A DNA stretch of 64,000 nt, taken from the NCBI GenBank assembly GCA_964016885.1, contig OZ024744.1, forward strand, positions 186,001 through 250,000, in the 5' to 3' direction. The stretch comes from Eledone cirrhosa (Eukaryota). The notes beneath the pieces are model-generated. The model ran no database searches and was not told the DNA's origin. It saw only the letters and a list, made by a program, of their open reading frames with translations. The position numbers and the translations under genes were made by a program. Positions 1 through 12,652 of the stretch are shown here, in pieces (position 1 is the stretch's first letter; the number at the start of each line of letters is the position of its first letter).

Positions 1-63
1 TCTCTGATATACTGATAAATTCAGCAGATTCGAACACAAAAAAGAATCAAGTTACCACCTCCT

Positions 64-128
<65 letters not shown>

Positions 129-924
129 TACATATATAGAAATTACATTAATCAGAGTTCAGTTTAAATCATTTATTTGGTTACAATTGTTTCCTCCAAA
201 CCGAGCTATGGATTCTTCGGAGCAGCTATTTAGTGATTTTTACATAATTGACCACCTTTTCAACACAGGAGACATATAAAAACATATGTATATATTGACC
301 CACAGTGAGTTGACATCCATCATAATAATATAATAATATGACAATTTACATACATTTATATTAAAGGACAAAATTAAAGTTAAAATAAAAATAAAAATAA
401 AAATAAATAAAAATAAAAATAAAACATTGGCAGTTTATGAAGATAAAGCAAGAGGAAAGTTTAGAGTAGTCAGTGTACGAAACAGTCTCACGTGTGGTAT
501 GCACGCGTGTCTTATTTATACAGTTTTATATTGCGGCAGATTGATACATGTAAAACAAGCAGATAAAGCAGGCAATCAATAGCATCATGGGGTCTGTATT
601 GTTAAAGAATTTTTCTCACACACCTGTACGATATATACGTGTAAGCCCGTTTGTAGAGAAACACCAAAAATATAACAAATGTAACAAATGAGAAGCTAAA
701 CAGCACCACTGTCCACCACTGTATTTATACATATATATGTATATATATGTATAAATACATATATATACATATATAATATATATGCAATAAGAAACACAGT
801 AAACCGTGTGTCTAATATTACATGGGTTGAAAAACCACATTTGTTTGAAATAGATAACCAAGAAGCAGACAGAATGATAAAATAAAAATATATTATTATA
901 CAAACCGCCTCAATAACCATTATA

Positions 925-1005
925 TCTCTCGGACAGATTATCCCTAATCTGTTTCGCCCTGAGTGTGTTTGGAACAGATAATCCTTGGGCATCATCAGCG
1001 AGAGA
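925..1005 (-). ncRNA. Type I hammerhead ribozyme, intact core and stems
   Basis: Minus strand reads UCUCUCG-CUGAUGA-U-GCCC(loop)GGGC-GAAA-CAGAUUA-GGGA-UAAUCUG-UC^CGAGAGA. Stem I is 7 bp perfect, stem II GCCC/GGGC, stem III CAGAUUA/UAAUCUG, with a GUC cleavage triplet. Confidence 0.9.
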
Positions 1006-1590
1006 ATCTGATTAAATGCGACAAACACTATGTACCAACGTTCACACAGAAAGATGAAATGTATCACCTCGTGCGCCGCTAGTCAAACGTGGTAAGCGTG
1101 TATTGAACAGAAACAACAGTCCAACACACACAACTTAATAAGCTCGACTTGTGAGGGAGCAGAAATATAAATGAAAATTAGAGTTAACACTCGAAATGAA
1201 ACCCTGTAAGTATTAAGCTCCAAGTATAAATTACTGAGCCGATTAATAATATATATGCTTCTTGGTTAAATATTTCAAACAAATGTGGTTTTTCAACCCT
1301 TGTAATATTAGACACACGGTTTACTCTGTTTCTTACTGCATATATATTATTAATCGGCTCAGTATTTTATACTTGGAGCTTAATAGTTACAGGGTTTCAA
1401 TTGGAGTTTTAACTCTAATTTTCATTTATATTTCTGCTCCCTCACAAGTCGAGCTTATTAAGTTGTGTGTGTTGGACTGTTGTTTCTGTTCAATACACAC
1501 TTACAACGTTTGACTAGAGGCGCACGAGGTGATAAATTTCATCTTTCTGTTTGAACGTTGGTACATAGTGTTTGTCGCATTTAATCAGAT

Positions 1591-1671
1591 TATGTCGCTG
1601 ATGATGCCCAAGGATTATCTGTTCCAAACACACTCAGGGCGAAACAGATTAGGGATAATCTGTCCGAGAGA
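1591..1671 (+). ncRNA. Type I hammerhead ribozyme, stem I weakened
   Basis: CTGATGA 1598-1604, GAAA 1641-1644, GTC 1662-1664. Stems II and III are as in the minus copy, but the 5' strand of stem I is TATGTCG, giving two mismatches to CGAGAGA. Confidence 0.8.
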
Positions 1672-2409
1672 TATAATGGTTATTGAGGCGGTTTGTATAA
1701 TAATATATTTTTATTTTATCATTCTGTCCGCTTGGTTAAATATTTCAAACAAATGTGGTTTTTCAACCCTTGTAATATTAGACACACGGTTTACTGTATT
1801 TCTTACTGCATATACATTATTAATCGGCTCAGTATTTTATACTTGGAGCTTAATAGTTACAGCGTTTCAATTGGAGTTTTAACTCTAATTATCATTTATA
1901 TACATATATATGTATTTATATAAATGGAACTTTTCATTTTCAGGACCACGGCGTCTTAGCTCCTTAATTATACATCTACTACCAAATTTTCCTAATCATG
2001 ATTACAATCGTGATAACTAAACTTTATTCTTACATACAAACGCTTACAGAGTGTGCACAGAGGACATCACACTCACACACGCACACACTGGACTCACTGA
2101 TACAGAAAGCCACCAAACCAATGGACAAACACACACAAACAGTTACTCGATAATGTTATATACAACCCAAAATACATATATGTATACATCAACATACGCA
2201 AAACACCGGCATGACTTCACTTATGTATATATATATACACACTATTTTATTAATCAGTTCCAGCATATAAAACAAAATAATAGTAACACTGTATGTATAT
2301 ATAGAAATATATATTACAAATACAGAACACATTTATTAGACTAAATATCTCTGATATACTGATAAATAGACCAGGTTCGAACACAAACAGAACCAATTTA
2401 CCACGTCCT

Positions 2410-2445
<36 letters not shown>

Positions 2446-2933
2446 ATATATATATATGTATTAATATAAATGAAAACGTTTAGGATCACTGAGTCTTAGC
2501 TCCATAAATATAAATTTACTACCAAATTTTCTCTAATGATGATGACAGTCGTTATAACTAACATTTATTGTTACATACACACGCATACAGAGTGTGCACA
2601 GACAACCTCACACTCACACACGCACACACTGGGCTCACAGACTCAAAAAGCCACCAAACCAATAGACAAACACACACAAACAGATACTCGATAATGTTAT
2701 ATACAACACAAAGTACATATATGATTACATCAACATACGCAAAACACCAGCATGACTTCACGTATATATATATATATGTACACACTATTTTATTCATCAG
2801 CTCCAGCATACACAATATATAGGTTTTCATGTTTACAAATATATAATTTAATCTCGATTTGACATTAATGTTAAAATACGTGTCATAATTTTCTGTACAG
2901 ACTAATAGAATGTGTGTTTGAAATACCACTTAC

Positions 2934-2999
2934 GTTTTTTGGAGACAGCATCTCCATGTATGCTTGACTCAGAGATAATGTTCTCTACAGAAGACATAA
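2934..2999 (-). CDS. Putative 66-nt phase 1-1 exon, type A (xMSSVENIISESSIHGDAVSKK)
   Basis: tttttttccag|66 nt|gtaagt on the minus strand. Further intact copies: 4938-5003, 6931-6996, 10739-10804, 15041-15106, 22498-22563, 24176-24241. All are open in phase 1. Confidence 0.6.
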
Positions 3000-3623
3000 C
3001 TGGAAAAAAATACGGAAGAATATAATAGGAAAGCTACAAGGTTTTCTTGGAAGAGTTTGTTGTCAATGTTTAAGAAACGGTAGAATAACGTGTCGAATTT
3101 TAAATTAGCTAGAACATTTTAGTTATATATGTGGTGTCTGGTATTATAGGGACAAATATTGTAGTTTCCCACTGGACCTAATGTACAAATAGATATGATG
3201 GTATAAGCAAATATGTAGAGCAATGGCTGATCTAGGGGATACGGGGATGAGGTGTATGAACAACGACGGAAGACCAGAAGTAGTGAAGAAGTGTCGGAGT
3301 CAACTTTGTTATATCTGAGAACACTGACGTCTGAGATAATTCCATCTACCACAGTGTATCTAGTGCAACATTCATCTTCTCTTTTTAATCAGATATAATG
3401 TCATTCTTTCATAGCTAACTCTGATAATGGCTTGAAAAAGTGTAACTTTACTTTTGACCTCATTGTAAGGTCAATGAGGATCGAGGTCAATAAAATGTTT
3501 ATCCGGGGTTATGTTAGAGTTTGTAATATAATATTCTTGACTGAAATAAGTAGATATACATTTAATGATCCAAACAAAAAAGTTTCTGAATAATGAATAG
3601 ATAATTTTTAAATTATAACTTAC

Positions 3624-3683
3624 TAATTTCAGAAAGTTTGGTCTTGAGTTTTGCAGTTCGAGGAGACAAATCTGAAGTGTCAG
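3624..3683 (-). CDS. Putative 60-nt phase 1-1 exon, type B1 (xDTSDLSPRTAKLKTKLSEI/N)
   Basis: ttttgtgtgttttctag|60 nt|gtaagt. Other B1 copies start at 5626, 7624, 9223, 9429, 11432, 13485, 13691, 15734, 17366, 17572, 19179, 19385, 20998, 21204. The Leu codon varies synonymously (ctc/cta/ctt). Confidence 0.6.
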
Positions 3684-4158
3684 CTAGAAAACACACAAAA
3701 TAATAGTAAAACTGTATGTATGTATACAAATATATATTACAAATTCAAAAAACAATTAGTATAAACATTATCACTGATATACTGATAAATACACCAGGTC
3801 CGGACACAAACCGAACCAAGTTTCCATGTCCTTGTCATGACCTGAAATATTGAAGAAGTATCGGAGGCAATTTTGTTAATGATGAGAACTCTGATCTGTG
3901 AGATAATTCATCTTCTCTTTTTAACCAGATATAATGTCATTCATTCATAGCTAATACTGATAATGGCTTGAAAAAATGTATCTTTACTTTTGACCTCATT
4001 GTAAGATCTCTGAAGTTCAAGGTGAATAACATGTTTATCCTTGATTATGTTAGGGCGTTTGTAATATAATATTCTTGACTGAATTAACTAGTTATACATT
4101 TACAAAACATAAATAAGTTTCTGAATAATGAATAGATATTTTATAAATTATAACATAC

Positions 4159-4218
4159 TATTTTCCGAACGAGGGCTCTTGAATGTGGCACCTCGAAGAT
4201 ACAAATGTGAAGCGTCAT
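4159..4218 (-). CDS. Putative 60-nt phase 1-1 exon, type B2 (xDASHLYLRGATFKSPRSEN)
   Basis: gttttctag|60 nt|gtatgt or gtaagt. Other B2 copies start at 6160, 8145, 9963, 11953, 14225, 16255, 18091, 19904, 21735. None has a stop in phase 1. Confidence 0.6.
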
Positions 4219-4369
4219 CTAGAAAACATAAAGAAAATAATAGTAACATTGTATGTATATATAGAAATATATATTACAAATACAGAAAACATTTATTAGA
4301 CTAAATATCTCTGATATACTGATAAATACACCTGGTACGAACACAAACAGAACCAAGTTACCACGTCCT

Positions 4370-4443
<74 letters not shown>

Positions 4444-6370
4444 GTGTGTATACATATATATGTATTTATATAAATGAAAACGTTTAGGATCACAGAGTCT
4501 TAGCTCCATAAATATAAATTTACTACCAAATTTTCTCTAATCATGATGACAGTCGTTATAACTAACATTTATTGTTACATACACACGCATACAGAGTGTG
4601 CACAGACAACCTCACACTCACACACGCACACACTGGTCTCACAGACTCAAAAAGCCACCAAACCAATAGACAAACACACACAAACAGATACTCGATAATG
4701 TTATATACAACACAAAGTACATATATGATTACATCAACATACGCAAAACACCAGCATGACTTCACGTATATATATATATATATACACACTATTTTATTCA
4801 TCAGCTCCAGCATACACAATATATAGGTTTTCATGTTTACAAATATATAATGTAATCTCGATTTGACATTAATGTTGAAATACGTTTCATAATTTTCTGT
4901 ACAGAGTAATAGAAAGTGGGTTTGAAATACAACTTACGTTTTTTGGAGACTGCATCTCTATATATGCTTGACTCAGAGATAATGTTCTCTACAGAAGACA
5001 TAACTGGAAAAAAATACGGAAGAATATAATAGTGTAGCTACAAGGTTTTCTTGGAAGAGTTTGTTGTCAATTTTTAAGAAACGGTAGAATAACGTGTCGA
5101 ATTTTAAATTAGCTAGAACATTTTAGTTATATATGTGGTGTCTGGTATTATGGGACAAATATTGTAGTTTTCCACTGGACCTAATGTACAAATAGATATG
5201 TTGGTATAAGCAAATATGTAGAGCAATGGCTGATCTAGGGGATACGGGGATGAGGTATATGAACAACGACGGAAGACCAGAAGTAGTGAAGAAGTGTCGG
5301 AGTCAACTTTGTTATATCTGAGAACACTGACGTCTGAGATAATTCCATCTACCACAGTGTATCTAGTGCAACATTCATCTTCTCTTTTTAATCAGATATA
5401 ATGTCATTCTTTCATAGCTAAATCTGATAATGGCTTGAAAAGTGTAACTTTACTTTTGACCTCATTGTAAGGTCAATGAGGATCGAGGTCAACAAAATGT
5501 TTATCCGGGGTTATGTTAGAGTTTGTAATATAATATTCTTGACTGAAATAAGTAGTTATAAATTTACTGATCCAAACAAAAAAGTTTCTGAATAATGAAT
5601 AGATAATTTTTAAATTATAACTTACTAATTTCAGAAAGTTTGGTCTTTAGTTTTGCAGTTCGAGGAGACAAATCTGAAGTGTCAGCTAGAAAACACACAA
5701 AATAATAGTAAAACTGTATGTATGTATACAAATATATATTACAAATTCAAAAAACAATTATTATACACATTATCACTGATATACTGATAAATACACCAGG
5801 TCCGGACACAAACCGAACCAAGTTTCCATGTCCTTGTCATGACCTGAAATATTGAAGAAGTATCGGAGGCAATTTTGTTAATGATGAGAACTCTGATCTG
5901 TGAGATAATTCTCTTCTCTTTTTAACCAGATATAATGTCATTCATTCATAGCTAATACTGATAATGGCTTGAAAAAATGTATCTTTACTTTTGACCTCAT
6001 TGTAAGATCTCTGAAGTTCAAGGTGAATAAAATGTTTATCCTTGATTATGTTAGGGCGTTTGTAATATCATATTCTTGACTGAATTAACTAGTTATAAAT
6101 TTACAAAACATAAATAAGTTTCTGAATAATGAATAGATATTTTTTAAATTATAACATACTATTTTCCGAACGAGGGCTCTTGAATGTTGCACCTCGAAGA
6201 TACAAATGTGAAGCGTCAGCTAGAAAACATAAACAAAATAATAGTAACACTGTATGTATATATAGAAATATATATTACAAATACAGAACACATTTATTAG
6301 ACTAAATATCTCTGATATACTGATAAATACACCAGGTTCGAACACAAACAGAACCAAGTTACCACGTCCT

Positions 6371-6440
<70 letters not shown>

Positions 6441-8355
6441 ACATATATATGTATTTATATAAATGAAAACGTTTAGGATCACAGAGTCTTAGCTCCATAA
6501 ATATAAATTTACTACCAAATTTTCTCTAATCATGATGACAGTCGTAATAACTAACATTTATTGTTACATACACACGCATACAGAGGGTGCACAGACAACC
6601 TCACACTCACACACGCACACACTAGTCTCACAGACTCAAAAAGCCACCAAATCAATAGACAAACACACACAAACAGATACTCGATAATGTTATATACAAC
6701 ACAAAGTCATATATGATTACATCAACATACGCAAAACACCAGCATGACTTCACGTATATATATATATATATATATACACACTATTTTATTCATCAGCTCC
6801 AGCATACACAATATATAGGTTTTCATGTTTACAAATATATAATGTAATCTCGATTTGACATTAATGTTGAAACACGTGTCATAGTGTTCTGTACAGACTA
6901 TATAGAAAGTGGGTTTGAAATACCACTTACGTTTTTTGGAGACAGAATCTCTATGTTTGCTTGACTCAGAGATAATGTTCTCTACAGGAGACATAACTGG
7001 AAAAAAATACGGAAGAATATAATAGGAAAGCTACAAGGTTTTCTTGGGAAGAGTTTGTTGTCAATTTTTAAGAAACGATAGTATAACGTGTCGAATTTTA
7101 AGTTAGCTAAAACAATTTAGTTATATAAGCGGTGTCTGGTATTATGAGACAAATAATGTAGTTTCCCACTGGACCTAATGTACAAATAGATATGATGGTA
7201 TAAGCAATATGTAGAGCAATGGCTGATCTAGGGGATACGGGGATGAGGTGTATGAAGAACGATGTAAGACCAGAAATAGAGAAGTAGTGTCAGAGTCAAA
7301 TAAGTTATATCTGAGAACACTGATGTCTGAGATAATTCCATCTACCGCAATGTATCTAGTGCAACATTCATCTTCTCTTTTTAACCAGATATAAAGTCAT
7401 TCTTTCATAGCTAACTCTGATAATGGCTTGAAAAAGTGTATCTTTACTTTTGACCTCATTGTAAGGTCTCTGAGGTTCGAGGTCAATAAAATGTTTATCC
7501 TTGATTATGTTAGGGAGTCTGTAATATAATACTCTTGACTGAAATACGTAGTTATAAATTTACTGATCAAAACATAAATAAGTTTCTGAATAATGAATAG
7601 ATAATTTTTAATTTATAACTTACTATTTTCAGAAAGTTTGGTCCTGAGTTTTGCAGTTCGAGGAGACAAATCTGAAGTGTCAGCTAGAAAACACACAAAA
7701 TAATAGTAAAACTGTATGTATGTAAACAAATATATATTACAAATTCAAAAAACAATTATTATAAACATTATCACTGATATACTGATACGGACACAAACAG
7801 AACCAAGTTTCCATGTCCTTGTCATGACCTGAAATATTGAAGAAGTATCGGAGGCAATTTTGTTAAAGATGAGAACTCTGATCTGTGAGATAATTCTCTT
7901 CTCTTTTTAACCAGATATAATGTCATTCTTTCATAGCTAATACTGATAATGGCCTGAAAAAATGTATCTTTACTTTTGACCTCATTGAAAGGTCTCTGAA
8001 GTTCGAGGTGAATAAAATGTTTATCATTGATTATGTTAGGGAGTTTGTAATATAATATTCTTGACTGAATTAACTAGTTATACATTTACAAAATATAAGT
8101 AAGTTTCTGAATAATGAATAGATATTTTTTAAATTATAACATACTATTTTCGGAACGTGGGGTCTTGAATGTTGCACTTCGAAGATACAAATATGAAGCG
8201 TCAGCTAGAAAACATAAACAAAATAATAGTAACACTGTATGTATATATAGAAATATTTATTACAAATACAGAATATATTTATTAGACTAAATATCTCTGA
8301 TATACTGATAAATACACCAGGTTCGAACACAACAGGAACCAAGGTACAACGTCCT

Positions 8356-8403
<48 letters not shown>

Positions 8404-8405
<2 letters not shown>

Positions 8406-8651
8406 TTTCACATTGCTCCAGTTTACTCAGCTGTAGAAATGAGATGATAAGGGCTGGGGTCCCTATCATTCCACTGCAAAGTGGTCGTGGAGGTGCTACG
8501 GCAAAAAAGCACCCAGCACTCACTGTAAATGAGTTTGGTGTTAGGAAGGGCATCCAGCTGTAGAAATCAACCCAGAATCAGTTCCCGTCCCACCCTTGCA
8601 AGCAGGGGAAAAGCGGACGTAAAATGAAATGATGATGAAAAAATGATGATG
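8404..8651 (+). mobile_element. 5'-truncated SINE with RTE-type 3' tail inserted in (TA)n
   Basis: Ends gttaggaagggcatccagctgtagaaa...aaaagcggacgtaaaatg...(atg)n, resembling cephalopod SINE tails. Near-identical copies amplified with the array at 12665-12913, 16546-16793, 18360-18607, 20179-20426. Confidence 0.7.
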
Positions 8652-10173
8652 TATACATATATATGTATTTATATAAATGAAAACTTTTGTGATCACAGAG
8701 TCTTAGTTCCGTAAATATACATTTACTACCAAATTTTCCCTAATAATGATGACAGTCGTTATAACTAACATGTATTGTTACATACACACTCATACAGAGT
8801 GTGCACAGAGAACCTAACACTCACACACGCACACAATGTGCTCACAGACTCAAAAAGCCACCAAACAGATACTCGATAATGTTATATACAACACAAAATA
8901 CATATATGTTTATATCAACATACGCAAAACACCAGCATGACTTCACTTATATATATATACCGCAGTGTATCTAGTGGAACATTCATCTTCTCTTTTTAAC
9001 CAGATATAATGTCATTCTTTCATAGCTAACTCTGATAATGGCCTGAAAAAGTGTAACTTTACATTTGACCTCATTGTAAGGTCAATGAGGATCGAGGTCA
9101 ATAAAATGTTTATCCTTGATTATGTTAGGGTGTTTGACAGAAATAAGTAGTTATAAATTTACTGATCAAAACATAAATAAGTTTCTGAATAATGAATAGA
9201 TAATTTTTAAATTATAACTTACTATTTTCAGAAAGTTTGGTCTTAAGTTTTGCAGTTCGAGGAGACAAATCTGAAGTGTCAGCTAGAAAACACACAAAAT
9301 AATATATATAATATATATAATATAATATATATAATATTCTTGACAGAAATACGTAGTTATAAATTTACTGATCAAAACATAAATAAGTTTCTGAATAATA
9401 AATAGATAATTTTTAATTTATAACTTACTATTTTCAGAAAGTTTGGTCCTGAGTTTTGCAGTTCGAGGAGACAAATCTGAAGTGTCAGCTAGAAAACACA
9501 CAAAATAATAGTAAAACTGTATGTATGTATACAAATATATATTACAAATTCAAAAAACAATTATTATACACATTATCACTGATATACTGATAAATACACC
9601 AGGTCCGGACACAAACCGAACCAAGTTTCCATGTCCTTGTCATGACCTGAAATATTGAAGAAGTATCGGGGGCAATTTTGTTAATGATGAGAACTCTGAC
9701 TGTGAGATAATTCATCTTCTCTTTTTAACCGGATATAATGTCATTCTTTCATAGCTAATACTGATAATGGCCTGAAAAAATGTATCTTTACTTTTGACCT
9801 CATTGTAAGGTCTCTGAAGTTCAAGGTGAATAAAATGTTTATCCTTGATTATGTTAGGGCGTTTGTAATATAATATTCTTGACTGAATTAACTAGTTATA
9901 AATTTACAAAACATAAATAAGTTTCTGAATAATGAATAGATATTTTATAAATTATAACATACTATTTTCCGAACGAGGGCTCTTGAATGTTGCACCTCGA
10001 AGATACAAATGTGAAGCGTCATCTAGAAAACATAAAGAAAATAATAGTAACACTGTATGTATATATAGATATATATATTACAAATACAGAAAACATTTAT
10101 TAGACTAAATATCTCTGATATACTGATAAATACACCAGGTTCGAACACAAACAGAACCAAGTTACCACGTCCT

Positions 10174-10249
<76 letters not shown>

Positions 10250-12163
10250 ACATATATATGTATTTATATAAATGAAAGCGTTTAGGATCACAGAGTCTTA
10301 GCTCCATAAATATAAATTTACTACCAAATTTTCTCTAATCATGATGACATTCGTAATAACTAACATTTATTGTTACATACACACGCATACAGAGTGTGCA
10401 CAGACAACCTCACACTCACACACACACATACTAGTCTCACATACTCAAAAAGCCACCAAATCAATAGACAAACACACACAAACAGATACTCGATAATGTT
10501 ATATACAACACAAAGTACATATATGATTACATCAACATACGCAAAACACCAGCATGACTTCACGTATATATATATATATATATACACACTATTTTATTCA
10601 TCAGCTCCAGCATACACAATATATAGGTTTTCATGTTTACAAATATATAATGTAATCTCGATTTGACATTAATGTTGAAACACGTGTCATAATTTTCTGT
10701 ACAGACTATATAGAAAGTGGGTTTGAAATACCACTTACGTTTTTTGGAGACAGAATCTCTATGTTTGCTTGACTCAGAGATAATGTTCTCTACAGGAGAC
10801 ATAACTGGAAAAAAATACGGAAGAATATAATAGGAAAGCTACAAGGTTTTCTTGGGAAGAGTTTGTTGTCAATTTTTAAGAAACGATAGTATAACGTGTC
10901 GAATTTTAAGTTAGCTAAAACAATTTAGTTATATAAGCGGTGTCTGGTATTATGAGACAAATAATGTAGTTTCCCACTGGACCTAATGTACAAATAGATA
11001 TGATGGTATAAGCAATATGTAGAGCAATGGCTGATCTAGGGGATACGGGGATGAGGTGTATGAAGAACGATGTAAGACCAGAAATAGAGAAGAAGTGTCA
11101 GAGTCAAATAAGTTATATCTGAGAACACTGATGTCTGAGATAATTCCATCTACCGCAATGTATCTAGTGCAACATTCATCTTCTCTTTTTAACCATATAT
11201 AATGTCATTCTTTCATAGCTAACTCTGATAATGGCTTGAAAAAGTGTATCTTTACTTTTGACCTCATTGTAAGGTCTCTGAGGTTCGAGGTCAATAAAAT
11301 GTTTATCCTTGATTATGTTAGGGAGTCTGTAATATAATATTCTTGACTGAAATACGTAGTTATAAATTTACTGATCAAAACATAAATAAGTTTCTGAATA
11401 ATGAATAGATAATTTTTAATTTATAACTTACTATTTTCAGAAAGTTTGGTCCTGAGTTTTGCAGTTCGAGGAGACAAATCTGAAGTGTCAGCTAGAAAAC
11501 ACACAAAATAATAGTAAAACTGTATGTATGTAAACAAATATATATTACAAATTCAAAAAACAATTATTATAAACATTATCACTGATATACTGATACGGAC
11601 ACAAACAGAACCAAGTTTCCATGTCCTTGTCATGACCTGAAATATTGAAGAAGTATCGGAGGCAATTTTGTTAAAGATGAGAACTCTGATCTGTGAGATA
11701 ATTCTCTTCTCTTTTTAACCAGATATAATGTCATTCTTTCATAGCTAATACTGATAATGGCCTGAACAAATGTATCTTTACTTTTGACCTCATTGAAAGG
11801 TCTCTGAAGTTCGAGGTGAATAAAATGTTTATCATTGATTATGTTAGGGAGTTTGTAATATAATATTCTTGACTGAATTAACTAGTTATAAATTTACAAA
11901 ATATAAGTAAGTTTCTGAATAATGAATAGATATTTTTTAAATTATAACTTACTATTTTCGGAACGTGGGGTCTTGAGTGTTGCACTTCGAAGATACAAAT
12001 ATGAAGCGTCAGCTAGAAAACATAAACAAAATAATAGTAACACTGTATGTATATATAGAAATATTTATTACAAATACAGAATATATTTATTAGACTAAAT
12101 ATCTCTGATATACTGATAAATACACCAGGTTCGAACACAACAAGAACCAAGGTACAACGTCCT

Positions 12164-12218
<55 letters not shown>

Positions 12219-12221
<3 letters not shown>

Positions 12222-12652
12222 GAGAGGTATAGAGATTGTTTTAGCAAGAAGCTAACGGCATTCTATAACATATATGCGACTATAACGTCAAGATGGGAAA
12301 AGTAGTTAACGAAAGATTTAGGAAAAATAACTCAAACTCATCTCAAAAGAGAATCAGGATATAAATTCATCCACAGAATTTAGTAAAATCCAGGGAAAAA
12401 TCTATAGACCTTTAACTCATGATAAAATACAGTTTGAAACACTTATCCTTCAATTTGGAATAACATCAAATGCTCTGTATAGTCTTAAAAGACTATTTCA
12501 TGAAAACTTTCAGTGGAGATGGTCACGGTTGGATTTCATTCATCAGCAGAGCTCAACAGAAACCAGGGCTCTCACAGTAGTATAATCCGAAAAAGGGAAT
12601 TCTAAAACTGGCTAGTTCGCCTTCATGTGTATTTATGAAAAAGCACATGAGG
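12219..12652 (+). other. 434-bp insertion in (TA)n; diverged homologue of the 630-bp satellite unit at 43-53 kb
   Basis: Absent from sister units (8404, 16546). cttcaatttggaataacatcaaatgctctgtatagtcttaaaagac...ttcagtgg...gtcacggttgga aligns with satellite gtcaatttgggg...caaatgcactatatagtcttaaaagac...ttcagtgg...gtcacggttgga. Confidence 0.75.

Larger units (their letters stand above)
773..1900. mobile_element. Penelope-like pLTR / retrozyme-like 470-bp unit, present as one inverted copy plus about 1.35 tandem copies
   Basis: 1261-1730 repeats from 1731 (cttggttaaatatttcaaac, period 470). 773-1258 is the reverse complement of one circularly permuted unit. Each full unit carries a hammerhead ribozyme. 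Confidence 0.75.

Noticed and set aside
435-525. atgaaga...gaaac...gtc as a further hammerhead
   Set aside because: Core C is missing and the stems are unconvincing.
3420-3440. ctgataatggc(c/t)tgaaa in array units as a hammerhead core
   Set aside because: CUGAUAA is not CUGANGA, and stems I-III cannot be formed.
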